Positions 46,766 through 56,922 of a stretch of DNA of 62,238 nt are shown in pieces (the stretch's first letter is position 1; every line of letters starts with the position of its first letter). Source of the DNA: Thermoplasmatales archaeon (GTDB lineage Archaea > Thermoplasmatota > E2 > DHVEG-1); contig CP070836.1 of NCBI GenBank assembly GCA_020341795.1, forward strand, positions 765,439 through 827,676, in the 5' to 3' direction. Both the position numbers and the translations under genes were made by a program. Under the pieces are notes generated by a model. The model searched no databases. It saw only the letters and a program-made list of their open reading frames with translations, and was not told the origin of the DNA.

Positions 46766-47341
46766 ATGAACTCGGAGGATTTAGTTGAAATAGTATTTCA
46801 TGGACGTGGCGGACAAGGTGCTGTCACTGCAGCAAATCTTATAGTCGCAGCAGCTTTAAAAGATGGAAACAAAGGTGTACAAGCATTCCCGTTTTTTGGT
46901 GCAGAAAGACGTGGTGCACCAGTAAGAGCATTTGCTCGAATATCTCATACTGAGATACATCTTAGAAGTGAGATTTATTATCCAGATATTGTAATAGTAC
47001 TTGATGAAAGCCTAATGGACATTGTTGATGTATTAAAAGGTTTGAAAAAAGACGGCAGAGTATTAATAAACACAAGAAAAAAACCAAGTGATTTTGATTT
47101 TTCAAAAAAATACAAAGTGGCAACTGTCGATGCAACTGGAGTTGCTCTAAAAAATGAAATTCTTGTAGGAGGAATACCAGTTATAAATACTCCTATTCTT
47201 GGTGCCGTTCCAAAAATACTTAATAGAGTCACTTTAAAGTCTATTCAAGATACAATTAGAAAGAAATGGAATAAAGATCTCGCAGAGCGAAATGTGAAAG
47301 CAACGAAAGATGCATATGATTTAGTGGAGGTAAAATCTTGA
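46766..47341 (+). CDS. porG: Pyruvate (or 2-ketoisovalerate):ferredoxin oxidoreductase gamma subunit
   Basis: HGRGGQGAVTAA...GAERRGAP motif. Gene order gamma-delta-alpha-beta. Confidence 0.8.
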   Translation: MNSEDLVEIVFHGRGGQGAVTAANLIVAAALKDGNKGVQAFPFFGAERRGAPVRAFARISHTEIHLRSEIYYPDIVIVLDESLMDIVDVLKGLKKDGRVLINTRKKPSDFDFSKKYKVATVDATGVALKNEILVGGIPVINTPILGAVPKILNRVTLKSIQDTIRKKWNKDLAERNVKATKDAYDLVEVKS

Positions 47342-47610
47342 AAAAATACAATGTTGTAACATCGATTTCATATCCAAAAAAAGGTGCAATGGGTAAAACA
47401 GGAAACTGGCGTGTTTTCAAACCGATTTTAGACAAAGAAAAATGTGTAAAATGTTTACGATGTTGGATTTTTTGTCCAGAAGCCACAATTATTAGAAATA
47501 AAGATAACACAGTTGATATAGACTATGAATACTGTAAAGGCTGTGGAATATGTGCCAATGTATGTAAAGTTAATGCGATAGAACTTGAACGTGAGGGGGC
47601 TAGAAAATGA
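47338..47610 (+). CDS. porD: POR/VOR delta subunit (2x[4Fe-4S] ferredoxin)
   Basis: CVKCLRCWIFCP and CKGCGICANVC motifs. 4-nt overlaps with both neighbours. Confidence 0.8.
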   Translation: MKKYNVVTSISYPKKGAMGKTGNWRVFKPILDKEKCVKCLRCWIFCPEATIIRNKDNTVDIDYEYCKGCGICANVCKVNAIELEREGARK

Positions 47611-48767
47611 ACCAAGTTATGATTGATACAGGTAATTATATTGCAGCAAAAGCAGCTGTTATGTGTAAACCAGATGTAGTGGCGGCTTATCCCATAACTC
47701 CACAAACAACACTTGTTGAAGGTATAGCAAATTATCAAGGAAAAGGAGAGTTTAAAGGCGAATACATTTGTGTTGAAAGCGAACATTCTGCAATGGCAGC
47801 ATGTATTGGTGCTAGTGCAACTGGAGTTAGAACTTTTACAGGTACTTCCTCTCATGGGCTATTACTTATGCATGAAATGCTTCACTGGGCTGCACTTGCC
47901 AGACTACCAGTTGTCATGTGTAATATTAACCGTGTAGTAGGTCCAGGTTGGAATATATGGACCGATGAAAATGATAGTATATCCCAGAGAGATACAGGTT
48001 GGATACAATTTTACTGCAGTAGTAATCAAGAGATATTTGATACTATAATTCAAGCATTTAAAATAGGGGAACACCAAAAAGTGTCACTCCCTGTTATGAT
48101 CAGTTATAATGCGTTTATTCTTTCGCATACAAGTATGCCTGTATATGTCCCAGACCAGAAAGAAATTGATGCATTTTTACCAAAAAGAAAACCTTTATGG
48201 TATCTTGATCCAAATAATCCAATAACTTTTGGAAATATAATTCTACCTGCAGAATACGAAAAAGTAAGATTTGATATGCAAAAATCACAATATTATTGTA
48301 AAAAATTAATACCTGAAATTTCGAAAGAATGGAAAGAAAAATTTGGACGATTTCATGGTGATTTATTAGAATATTACAAATGTGAAAATGTAGAATATAT
48401 TCTTCTTTCAATGGGAGCTATTGGTGCAGAAAGCAAAGTAGCTATTGACAATCTTAGAAAACAAGGATTAAAAATTGGTCTTGCACGTGTTAGAACATTT
48501 AGACCATTTCCACAAGAGGAAATATTAAAGTTGAGTAAAAATGCTGATTTAATAATAATTGATAGAAATATTTCACCTGGAATGGAAGGTGCAGTTTTTT
48601 CAGAGATTAAAGCATCGCTTTATGGTAAATCAGATGCAAAAGTATATGGTTATATTGCTGGTCTCGGTGGAAAGGATGTTACTTTCGGTGATATCGAAAA
48701 AATGTGCAAAAAGGCAATAGATGGAAAAACAAAACATCTTGAATGGTATGGACTTGAGGGGGTATAA
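47607..48767 (+). CDS. porA: POR/VOR alpha subunit
   Basis: AAYPITPQT, ESEHSA and TSSHGL motifs; 386 aa. Confidence 0.8.
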   Translation: MNQVMIDTGNYIAAKAAVMCKPDVVAAYPITPQTTLVEGIANYQGKGEFKGEYICVESEHSAMAACIGASATGVRTFTGTSSHGLLLMHEMLHWAALARLPVVMCNINRVVGPGWNIWTDENDSISQRDTGWIQFYCSSNQEIFDTIIQAFKIGEHQKVSLPVMISYNAFILSHTSMPVYVPDQKEIDAFLPKRKPLWYLDPNNPITFGNIILPAEYEKVRFDMQKSQYYCKKLIPEISKEWKEKFGRFHGDLLEYYKCENVEYILLSMGAIGAESKVAIDNLRKQGLKIGLARVRTFRPFPQEEILKLSKNADLIIIDRNISPGMEGAVFSEIKASLYGKSDAKVYGYIAGLGGKDVTFGDIEKMCKKAIDGKTKHLEWYGLEGV

Positions 48768-48769
48768 AA

Positions 48770-49675
48770 TTGGCATTAAAAGATTTACCAACAAAAGAAT
48801 GCTATATTCCAGGTAGTGCAGCATGTCCAGGATGTCCAGCTACTATAGCATTACGTATTGTTTATAAAGCACTAGGAAAAAATACAGTAAAAGTTGTACC
48901 TGCATGTTGTACTGCTGTAATAGAAAGTCTTCATCCGCATACATCTTTTGATATACCTACGATGAATATTGCATTTGAAGCAGCTGCTGCTGGTGCAAGT
49001 GGTGTTGAAGCAGGTTTAAGAATGCAGGGTAAAACAGATACAACAGTAGTTGCATGGGCAGGTGATGGTGGAACTTATGATATTGGAATTCAAGCTTTAT
49101 CTGGAGCACTTGAACGTAATACTAACTTTATCTATATTTGTTATAATAATGAGATTTATTCAAATACAGGAATACAGCGAAGTGGTGCGACACCATATGG
49201 TGCATGGACTACAACTACAGTTTTAGGTAAAACCGAGTTTAGAAAAGAGATGGGTGAAATAATAATGGCACACCATATACCATATTCTGCACAGACATGT
49301 ATTGCATATCCCGAAGATTTATTTAAAAAACTTCGTAAAGCAAAAAGCATTAATGGACCAAAATATATTGAAATAATGGCCCCATGTCCACCTGGTTGGC
49401 GGTTCCCAATGGAGAAAACCGTGGAAATGGGAACCATGGCTGTTGAAACAGGTGCATGGGCGCTTTATGAAGTTGAAAAAGATAAAATCACTTTTAATGG
49501 TAAAAGTAAATTGATTCTTGAAGGAAAAATCGATCGTAAACCTATTGATGATTGGATTATATACCAAGGTCGATTTCGTCATCTATTTAGACCTAAAAAA
49601 GACACTAAAAGAATTAAGGAAATTGAAGAACATATCGAAAAGATGTGGGAAAGATATAGAAGTTGTTATTTATAA
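48770..49675 (+). CDS. porB: POR/VOR beta subunit (TPP-binding)
   Basis: CPGCP and GDGGTYDIG TPP motifs. TTG start at 48770, 2 nt after the porA stop. Confidence 0.8.
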   Translation: MALKDLPTKECYIPGSAACPGCPATIALRIVYKALGKNTVKVVPACCTAVIESLHPHTSFDIPTMNIAFEAAAAGASGVEAGLRMQGKTDTTVVAWAGDGGTYDIGIQALSGALERNTNFIYICYNNEIYSNTGIQRSGATPYGAWTTTTVLGKTEFRKEMGEIIMAHHIPYSAQTCIAYPEDLFKKLRKAKSINGPKYIEIMAPCPPGWRFPMEKTVEMGTMAVETGAWALYEVEKDKITFNGKSKLILEGKIDRKPIDDWIIYQGRFRHLFRPKKDTKRIKEIEEHIEKMWERYRSCYL

Positions 49676-49719
49676 TAATATTTACTTGGAGTGTGAAAAG
49701 AGTATGGAGGCTATTGTAA

Positions 49720-50295
49720 ATGTATGCAAAGGAAATGGTGAAACAGAGCCTCCCCCTAATCATTTTTTGTGGTTTAGGTGCAATAGTTACAGGTAGCACT
49801 CTTATTTTAATGACTGGTCTTTTTAAAACTATTCCTGGTCTAATAGTTGTAATTCCAGCAATCATCGCAATGCGTGGGAATATTAGTACAGCACTTGGTT
49901 CAAGACTTGGTTCTGCTTATCACTTAGGAGTAATTAATTCCGATAATCTTTGGAATAATGAGCTTAAGCAAAATGTCATTGGATCTCTGGTTCTTAGCTT
50001 TCTTGTATCATTCATAATCGGAGTGTTAGCTTTTATTACCACTCTCATATTTTTCAGAAATATAATTAATATTGATCCTTTATTGCTTGCTATAAAACTT
50101 ATATTTATTGTACTATTAGCAGGAATATTATCAGGTTCGATTTTAACAATTATGACTATTAGTATTATTTATTTGGTATTCAAACGCGGTTATGATCCTG
50201 ATAATATTACAGGACCAGCTCTTGCAACTTTTGGTGATATGATTTCCATGTTTTGCATTTTTATAAGTTCTTCTTTAGTGGGGGCGATAATTTGA
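49720..50295 (+). CDS. MgtE/SLC41-like divalent cation transporter membrane domain protein
   Basis: Polytopic membrane ORF. PDN(I)TGPALATFGDM motif resembles the MgtE transmembrane domain signature. Confidence 0.7.
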   Translation: MYAKEMVKQSLPLIIFCGLGAIVTGSTLILMTGLFKTIPGLIVVIPAIIAMRGNISTALGSRLGSAYHLGVINSDNLWNNELKQNVIGSLVLSFLVSFIIGVLAFITTLIFFRNIINIDPLLLAIKLIFIVLLAGILSGSILTIMTISIIYLVFKRGYDPDNITGPALATFGDMISMFCIFISSSLVGAII

Positions 50296-50855
50296 TATAT
50301 AGCTGGAAAAAAATAGTAAAACATGGTCTACCATTGCTATTAATTGCGATATTCATTGAAATTTTTGCAGGGCAAATAATACAGGGAAAACAAGAGCTTC
50401 TAGTTACTTTACCTATTTTTTTAATATCAATTCCAGTAGTAAATAGCGTAGCAGGAAATGTTGGTAGTGTACTAGGTGCTCGTCTTGCATCAGGTCTTCA
50501 TGTTGGATATATTACTAATAGCTACAAAGACAATGAAATGCATCATAATCTGATTATTTCTATTCTTATCGGATTTATTACATATTTTATACTTGCGATA
50601 GTTATTTATCTAGTAGCATCATTTAGTAATTTAGTAGAGGATATAACCTTGATAAAGTTTGTATCAATACTATTAATCACAGGTTTTTTACTTATTTTAG
50701 TTGTTTCATTTGTAAGTGTTTTAACTGCGTTTATCTCATTTAAAAGAGGATTTGATCCTGATGATATGGTTGCACCAGTTGTAACAACTTTTGGGGATGT
50801 AATGGGAATAATATTTTTATTTGTAGTAATGGGAATTTTTGGAGTAATATTATGA
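50292..50855 (+). CDS. MgtE/SLC41-like membrane domain protein (paralog of the preceding gene)
   Basis: PDDMVAPVVTTFGDV motif. The TTG at 50292 overlaps the upstream TGA (ATTTGA). The alternative ATG at 50253 would overlap by 43 nt. Confidence 0.65.
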   Translation: MIYSWKKIVKHGLPLLLIAIFIEIFAGQIIQGKQELLVTLPIFLISIPVVNSVAGNVGSVLGARLASGLHVGYITNSYKDNEMHHNLIISILIGFITYFILAIVIYLVASFSNLVEDITLIKFVSILLITGFLLILVVSFVSVLTAFISFKRGFDPDDMVAPVVTTFGDVMGIIFLFVVMGIFGVIL

Positions 50856-51520
50856 ACGAGAAGAGAAGAAGAATATTTGGAAGACTTCAAAGGATGCCAA
50901 AAGAAAAATGGAAAAAAGAAGAATTTACTGAACTTGAATATGAGCCAACTCCTGTAAAAGAATTACTAACTGAGATGAAAGATATCTCTGAACTTATTAT
51001 TGATCTTGCATATTCTGCAGTGTTATTTGATAATGATGAAATAGCAGAAGAAGTAAAATTCTTAGATGTTAGAATGGACAAATTAAACTATGATATAAGA
51101 ATAATGGCAATGATGGCAGCAAGAACTAAGGAAGACGCAGAACAACTTGCAGGGATTCTTCAGGTTGCTGAAGCCGCTGAAAGTATTTCAAATGCTGCAG
51201 GCGATATTGTAAATCTACTTTCAAAGGAAGAAAAAACAGGTCCAATACTTCCTAAGATTTTAAAAGAAGCTCAAGAACAATTATTCAGAATAAAAGTATC
51301 TGCAAAATCAAAAGCATGTAATAAAAAAATTGATGATTTAAAAGTAGAATCTGAAACAGGTATGAGAATTATCGCAATACGACGGGGAGAAGGTTGGATC
51401 TACAATCCCCAATCAGATACAGACATTAAAGCTGATGATTGGTTAATAACTCGTGGTTCATATGAGGGATTTAAGGATTTAAGCAAGTTTTTACATGGAG
51501 AACTGGAGGTGCTAGATTGA
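50852..51520 (+). CDS. PhoU-like/TrkA-C (RCK_C) domain regulatory protein
   Basis: Helical N-terminal half (ELIIDLAYSAVLF...) plus a C-terminal TrkA-C-like segment (L..ESETGMRIIAIRRGE.W...P......DD.LI..G). Confidence 0.65.
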   Translation: MNEKRRRIFGRLQRMPKEKWKKEEFTELEYEPTPVKELLTEMKDISELIIDLAYSAVLFDNDEIAEEVKFLDVRMDKLNYDIRIMAMMAARTKEDAEQLAGILQVAEAAESISNAAGDIVNLLSKEEKTGPILPKILKEAQEQLFRIKVSAKSKACNKKIDDLKVESETGMRIIAIRRGEGWIYNPQSDTDIKADDWLITRGSYEGFKDLSKFLHGELEVLD

Positions 51521-52098
51521 AAGAAAAAACAGTAGAAGATATAGTACTCGAAATTAAAGATAAATCTGAATTAATGATAGATCTATCTTACTCATCTCTA
51601 ATTTATAATAATAAGGTAATTGCAAAGGAAGTATATGATCTTGAAGATCTTGTTGATAAATTATATAAAACTTTACAGAGAAAAACGATTGAAAATGTAA
51701 AAAACAAAAAACTAAACGTAGATGATGCATTAACTGTACTGCGTCTTGCAGAAGCAGGAGAACAAATTGCAGATGCAGCACAGGAAATCGCTGATGTCGA
51801 GCTTCGAGATGTAGAGCTACACCCAATTCTGAAATTGAGTATTAGAGAATCAGATGTAGTATTTACAATGATAAAAATTGAATCCAATTCAGTACTCTGT
51901 GGAAAAAAATTAGGTGAAATTAAACTTGGAAGTGAAACTGGTATGTATGTTCGTGCAATGAGACATGGTAATCGATGGCTTTATGGACCTGATAAAAAAA
52001 CTCGTATCGACGAGGGTGATATTATATTTGCACGAGGACCTGAAGATGGTGAAAAACACCTTATTGAACTTGCAACAGGTAAAACAAGTGAAATATAA
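51517..52098 (+). CDS. PhoU-like/TrkA-C (RCK_C) domain regulatory protein (paralog)
   Basis: Same architecture as 50852-51520 (ELMIDLSYSSLIY..., GSETGMYVRAMRHGNRW). 4-nt overlap with the upstream gene. Confidence 0.65.
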   Translation: MKEKTVEDIVLEIKDKSELMIDLSYSSLIYNNKVIAKEVYDLEDLVDKLYKTLQRKTIENVKNKKLNVDDALTVLRLAEAGEQIADAAQEIADVELRDVELHPILKLSIRESDVVFTMIKIESNSVLCGKKLGEIKLGSETGMYVRAMRHGNRWLYGPDKKTRIDEGDIIFARGPEDGEKHLIELATGKTSEI

Positions 52099-52106
52099 CA
52101 AAAAAT

Positions 52107-52973
52107 TTATTTTATAATTCTTGCACCATACTCATCAACACTACATACATATATTTTACCAAAAGGCGATAGAACTTTACAGAGATCGTCTGTTTTTCCT
52201 GATGCAAAAACACTGTTTCCAAGCATACACATACTTGCCATACCATAATTATTTGCCTCATTAATTGCATTAATTACTTTTTTATTAGCAAGACCTGTTT
52301 TATTTGTAAAAATCTGCGAATAATGAAATAGGTTTTCTATATTAGGTTTTTCAAGTATTTTTTTTGTACAAAATTTACCATATTCAACTATCTTAGCAGA
52401 TATTTCTGGATTAGATAATACTTTTTTAGTTTCAACTTTTTTACCAATTATACAGAGTACAATTTCCAGTTTGCCAGGAATATGCTCTATTACTCCCCAT
52501 GGTGGTAGACCAGCACTTTTACGGATTTCAATTCCACCAAAACTACTGGATATTACATCACCAAGACCTGTCCTTAATTGTATTTCAGCATAGTGTGATG
52601 CACGTATTGCATCTTCAATTTTCAATCCCACAATTTTTGAGGTGGCAAGAGTACTACTGAGTGATCCTGCAGCACTCATTCCAAAACCTTGGCCAGTAGG
52701 TAAATCAAATTTAGATTTGACTACAATATTAAGTTTATTATTTCCTATAAGATATTTTAATGCAAGATTTGTAACAGGTGCAGCTGCTTTTTTATTATTA
52801 ATAAATATTTCAAAATGCTGGCTTTTATTATCCTTAATGGTTACTTCTGAGATTGCTCCAAATGAAATATTAATACCTGCGCCTCTACTACCTGTTTTAG
52901 AAATATCACTATTATGATAAACTGGTTCAAAAAATCCTGATATATGACCTGGCGCAAATGCTGATGCTTTCAT
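52107..52973 (-). CDS. Pantoate kinase (archaeal CoA pathway, GHMP kinase fold)
   Basis: APGHISGFFEP, GSRGAGINI and PTGQGFGMSAAG (GHMP motif). Adjacent to coaBC. Confidence 0.7.
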   Translation of the reverse strand: MKASAFAPGHISGFFEPVYHNSDISKTGSRGAGINISFGAISEVTIKDNKSQHFEIFINNKKAAAPVTNLALKYLIGNNKLNIVVKSKFDLPTGQGFGMSAAGSLSSTLATSKIVGLKIEDAIRASHYAEIQLRTGLGDVISSSFGGIEIRKSAGLPPWGVIEHIPGKLEIVLCIIGKKVETKKVLSNPEISAKIVEYGKFCTKKILEKPNIENLFHYSQIFTNKTGLANKKVINAINEANNYGMASMCMLGNSVFASGKTDDLCKVLSPFGKIYVCSVDEYGARIIK

Positions 52974-52985
52974 AAAATCTTACCC

Positions 52986-54179
52986 TTATTTAATTGTTTG
53001 TAAAATGAATTTAGCTAAATTATTTTTATTATCTTTTTTATGGATCATATTACTATTATTATATATCCAAATCTCATTTGAGTCCTTTGATATACCAGAT
53101 ATAGTATTACCAATTACATAATCAAGGTTGTAGTTTTTTAGTAATTCTTTTGATTTTTTCATTAAATCATTTTTATTTCTTTCAAGTTTAAAACCAACAA
53201 TTACAGATTTTGTTGCTTTTTTTCTAATCAAAGGAAGTAGTTTTTCAGCAGGTTTTAGTTGAATAATTAAGTCTTTCTTCCCTGATTTAATTTTGCCTTT
53301 CTGTATTTTTGGAATATAATCAGCAATTGCTGCACAAACAATAATATAATCAAAATTATTCATGTTTGTTTTTTCAACAAGTTTTTTTAAATCAATAAAT
53401 GTTCTAAAATCCACTTTATCTATGTAATCTGGTATCTTTTCACTTGCATATCCATACCAAACAGTTATATCGGCACCCATAAAAAATGCTTGTTTTGTAA
53501 GAGTAACAGTAGTTTTTCCTGAACTCTTATTAGTTAAAATTCTTACATCATCAATATTTTCAGTTGTTGGACCACCGATAATTAAGATTTTTTTATTAAT
53601 GAATTCTTTTTTTGTAATTTGACGAATCGTATAACTCGCTATTTTATCTATACTAGGCATCTTTGCTTTATTTACTTCAATATTTGGTTCGAGAAAATTG
53701 ATACCTGCTTTTTTGCATATCTCTATATTTTTCTGAATTATTTTATGATCATACATTGATAAATGCATTGCTGGAACAATAAGAATCGGCAAACTTGAGC
53801 CAATCGCTGTTGTAGCAAATGTTGTAACACTTGTATCATCGATTCCATAAGCTATTTTTGATATAGTATTTGCTGTACAAGGGCAAATTAATAACAAATC
53901 CACTGGATCTTTTACTCGACCGCAATAACTTACATGTTCAGCTGCACCAGAAAGCTCTATAATAGGTTTTTTACCAGTTGCAAACCATAAACTATCAGGG
54001 TGAATAATCTTAGTTGCAGATTTTGTCATTACAGGTATTACTTCTGCTCCATGTCTTATTAACTCTCGAACCAGTTTTATTGTTTCAACAGCAGCAATGC
54101 TTCCTGTTACACATAGTACAATTTTTTTACTAATAAGAATTTTGCTTTTTACTCCTCGTATTTCTTCTGCAGGATGCAT
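52986..54179 (-). CDS. coaBC: Bifunctional phosphopantothenoylcysteine decarboxylase/synthetase
   Basis: Flavoprotein N-terminal half (VLCVTGSIAAVE...PAM) and C-terminal CoaB half (IGGPTTENIDDVRILTNKSSGK). Confidence 0.85.
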   Translation of the reverse strand: MHPAEEIRGVKSKILISKKIVLCVTGSIAAVETIKLVRELIRHGAEVIPVMTKSATKIIHPDSLWFATGKKPIIELSGAAEHVSYCGRVKDPVDLLLICPCTANTISKIAYGIDDTSVTTFATTAIGSSLPILIVPAMHLSMYDHKIIQKNIEICKKAGINFLEPNIEVNKAKMPSIDKIASYTIRQITKKEFINKKILIIGGPTTENIDDVRILTNKSSGKTTVTLTKQAFFMGADITVWYGYASEKIPDYIDKVDFRTFIDLKKLVEKTNMNNFDYIIVCAAIADYIPKIQKGKIKSGKKDLIIQLKPAEKLLPLIRKKATKSVIVGFKLERNKNDLMKKSKELLKNYNLDYVIGNTISGISKDSNEIWIYNNSNMIHKKDNKNNLAKFILQTIK

Positions 54180-54204
54180 AATTAATCACAAAAAAATGAA
54201 ATTT

Positions 54205-54645
54205 TTATCTTACAACCATAACAGATACGCTTGCATGACGTACTACTTTATCTGTTACACTTCCTAGTAAAAACCTCCCCTCTTTTCCATATCCTTTGTA
54301 ACCGAGTATAATGATATCTGCTTCGACTTTTTTTGCAGTAATTAGTATTTCATCTGCAGGGTCCCCATCTTCAACAATAATATCTACTTTTCCAACATAA
54401 TGCTTTATTTCTTTTACAACTTTTGATAATGAATCTCTTGCCTTATCTTTGAAACTTCCTGATTTAACTATAGTACTTAAATCAATGGTAGGAAGTAGCA
54501 TCTTGGTAAAAGATGATTCAGCAAGTTCAGCGGGGACAACAGTTAAAAGTGTTATTATATCATCTTGATTTGCACATTTATTTACCATTTCAATGGCTTT
54601 TTTTGAAGCATCAGATCCATCATAGGCAATTAGCATCTTTTTCAT
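54205..54645 (-). CDS. Universal stress protein (UspA family)
   Basis: KKMLIAYDGSD...ADIIILG...G.....LGSVTDKVVRHA..SVMVV pattern. The ATG at 54645 is preferred. Confidence 0.85.
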   Translation of the reverse strand: MKKMLIAYDGSDASKKAIEMVNKCANQDDIITLLTVVPAELAESSFTKMLLPTIDLSTIVKSGSFKDKARDSLSKVVKEIKHYVGKVDIIVEDGDPADEILITAKKVEADIIILGYKGYGKEGRFLLGSVTDKVVRHASVSVMVVR

Positions 54646-54907
54646 GATAATCAGCAAAGCACATATACAGAACCTTTGTAAAAACGTTTCGAAATATAAT
54701 CGTTTTAACTAGAAGAATTTACTAATATTTCCTCAGATTGCAAGTCAAAAAATTTTATAATTATAAAAATATTTAAAATATTGATAAAGATGAAGGAAGG
54801 AGGAAAAAAATAACTGAATGTATCAAATATATGTTTTATCTTTCTTCTCTACTCTCTTATTGGTTTTTTTAGAATTAATATTTTATTTGGTAATATTTAA
54901 ATAATTT

Positions 54908-55438
54908 TTAATCTTTTATATTAAATTGTTTACATAAATAATTAATGAAATCAGACAAGGGCATACCCTCTTTCCATCTCATAATAAAATTGCCACTCTT
55001 ACTTTTATTAAGTTTTGGAAGTCTGTTATACAAAAAACTTGTTCTTCCTTCCAAACCTTTTAAATCAATTGTAAAAATACGCCATGAATCACCACGATAA
55101 CCTTTTGTTCGAAATGCATAAATAGGTAGAGTTTTTGTTTTTTCACAAACCGCCTTCATAATTTCTGCTTGTTGTTGTAATTTTCCACCTACACTACTGA
55201 AATGCAGAGTATCACCAAAACTTGTTTTTACCTCAGTTAAAAAAGATATATCTCCGCGTGTGGCTACTAAATCTATACCTAGAGAGCCTGCTGCTCTAAT
55301 AACTGCAAATGGTTTATTTTTAATTTTAAAATAATTATCTTTTTCAATTGTTGAACAAGTTTTTGTAACTTTAGAAAGAGTCTTTACTTCTCCTTCTAAA
55401 ATGCTTTTAAGTTCACGTTCATATTGACTAGTACTCAT
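54908..55438 (-). CDS. hjc: Holliday junction resolvase Hjc-like PD-(D/E)xK nuclease, with an insertion and a C-terminal extension
   Basis: YERELKSIL ... FAVIRAAGSLGIDLVATRGD..FLTEVKTS matches the Hjc E...D...EVK core. About 25 extra residues follow helix 1. At 176 aa it is longer than typical Hjc. Confidence 0.55.
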   Translation of the reverse strand: MSTSQYERELKSILEGEVKTLSKVTKTCSTIEKDNYFKIKNKPFAVIRAAGSLGIDLVATRGDISFLTEVKTSFGDTLHFSSVGGKLQQQAEIMKAVCEKTKTLPIYAFRTKGYRGDSWRIFTIDLKGLEGRTSFLYNRLPKLNKSKSGNFIMRWKEGMPLSDFINYLCKQFNIKD

Positions 55439-55517
55439 ATAAAAAATATAATATAGTCAAAGGTATTAATGTTTGGGCATAGTTATAAAAAACCTTGAAA
55501 GATTGAGGGACGCTTAT

Positions 55518-56075
55518 ATGAGCAAAGAAGTAATAGTCAAAGAAGCCATGAAAACCAATCTTGCAATAGTTAAACCCGAGATATCAGTACTAGAAGCTAC
55601 TAAAATAATGAAAAAAAGAAAAATTGGAAATGTAATAGTGGTAGAAAAAGAGCGGCCAATTGGAATACTAACTGAAAGCGATATAATAAAAAAAGTAATA
55701 GCTGAAGGAAAATCAGCAAAGGATGTACAAATTAAGGATGTTATGAGTACACCTATTATTGTTATAGAACCTTATAACACCCTTGAAGAAGCAATGAAAA
55801 TAATGGGTAAATGTAATATTAGAAGACTACCTGTAATTGAAAACGATAAACTTATTGGAATAATTACTCAAAAAGATATCTCAAGGATTTCACCAATTCT
55901 TCATGAGATCAGTAGAGAATGGTATGATATAAAAGTAAGAGATGAAAACTATTATAAAAAACAAATTTTCTCAGGTAAATGTGAGGACTGTGGAATTCTA
56001 TCAGCAAATCTAAAAAATATAGAAGGTCGTCTACTATGTAATGATTGTATCGACGCTTTAGAGTATAATGAATAA
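55518..56075 (+). CDS. CBS-pair domain protein with a C-terminal Cys4 zinc-ribbon
   Basis: Two CBS repeats (IGNVIVVEKERPIGILTESDI; IRRLPVIENDKLIGIITQKDI) and CEDCG...CNDC. The ATG at 55518 is preceded by GAGGGA. Confidence 0.8.
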   Translation: MSKEVIVKEAMKTNLAIVKPEISVLEATKIMKKRKIGNVIVVEKERPIGILTESDIIKKVIAEGKSAKDVQIKDVMSTPIIVIEPYNTLEEAMKIMGKCNIRRLPVIENDKLIGIITQKDISRISPILHEISREWYDIKVRDENYYKKQIFSGKCEDCGILSANLKNIEGRLLCNDCIDALEYNE

Positions 56076-56106
56076 AATAAGTAGTATTTTTTAGGAGTTG
56101 GAAAGG

Positions 56107-56886
56107 ATGAAAGTTAGCGAAGTTATGGTCAAAGATGTTATTACAATTGACAAAGATGTTGATTTAACTCAGGTATTAAATCTGATGAAGAAACATAATA
56201 TTACTAAAATACCAGTGTTAGAAAATAAACAATTAATTGGTATGATAACTGATAATATAATTGCATATAAACTTGGGTCAATTAGAAAAAGAGGAGTACC
56301 ACCCTCAAGGCTTCATGCATCAAGTGTAACTGATAAAGAAATTGATTGCATAACACCTGACACAGAAGTTAAAACAATACTAAAGACAGTTGGAAAACCT
56401 GGTCCAACAATGTTATGTGTTACAGAAAATAAGCGTCTTCTAGGAGTTATTACAAAAGCAGATTTATTACATTTAGTAAACTCTAAAAAGAATTTACGTC
56501 AAATTATTAAAAGTAAAATCATTACTGTTTCTCCTGATGACCGAGTGGTTCATGCACGGCGTGTAATGATAAATGAAAAAATAGCACGACTACCAGTAGC
56601 TGAACATGGAAAACTTGTTGGTTTAATATCTGATAATGAAATTGCATTTGCATTTGCAGAAATAAAAAAGAGTATTTCACTAGGTCATCAGAGACATCAT
56701 CTTGATGAGCTTTTAGTAAGGACAATTATGAAAACACCTGTCATATGGACAAGTCCAGATATCACCGCATCTTATGCAGCAGCATTAATGTTGAAGAAAA
56801 ATATTGGAGCGCTACCAATCGTCGAAAAGGATAAAATAATAGGTATAGTAAGTAGAACAGATTTATTAAACACTATCCCCCGCTAA
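56107..56886 (+). CDS. Four-CBS-domain protein
   Basis: Four CBS-type repeats (ITKIPVLENKQLIGMITDNI; LGVITKADL; IARLPVAEHGKLVGLISDNEI; IGALPIVEKDKIIGIVSRTDL). Confidence 0.8.
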   Translation: MKVSEVMVKDVITIDKDVDLTQVLNLMKKHNITKIPVLENKQLIGMITDNIIAYKLGSIRKRGVPPSRLHASSVTDKEIDCITPDTEVKTILKTVGKPGPTMLCVTENKRLLGVITKADLLHLVNSKKNLRQIIKSKIITVSPDDRVVHARRVMINEKIARLPVAEHGKLVGLISDNEIAFAFAEIKKSISLGHQRHHLDELLVRTIMKTPVIWTSPDITASYAAALMLKKNIGALPIVEKDKIIGIVSRTDLLNTIPR

Positions 56887-56922
56887 AATATTAAAAAGAG
56901 GCGCTTTATTTCCTTTAATGTT

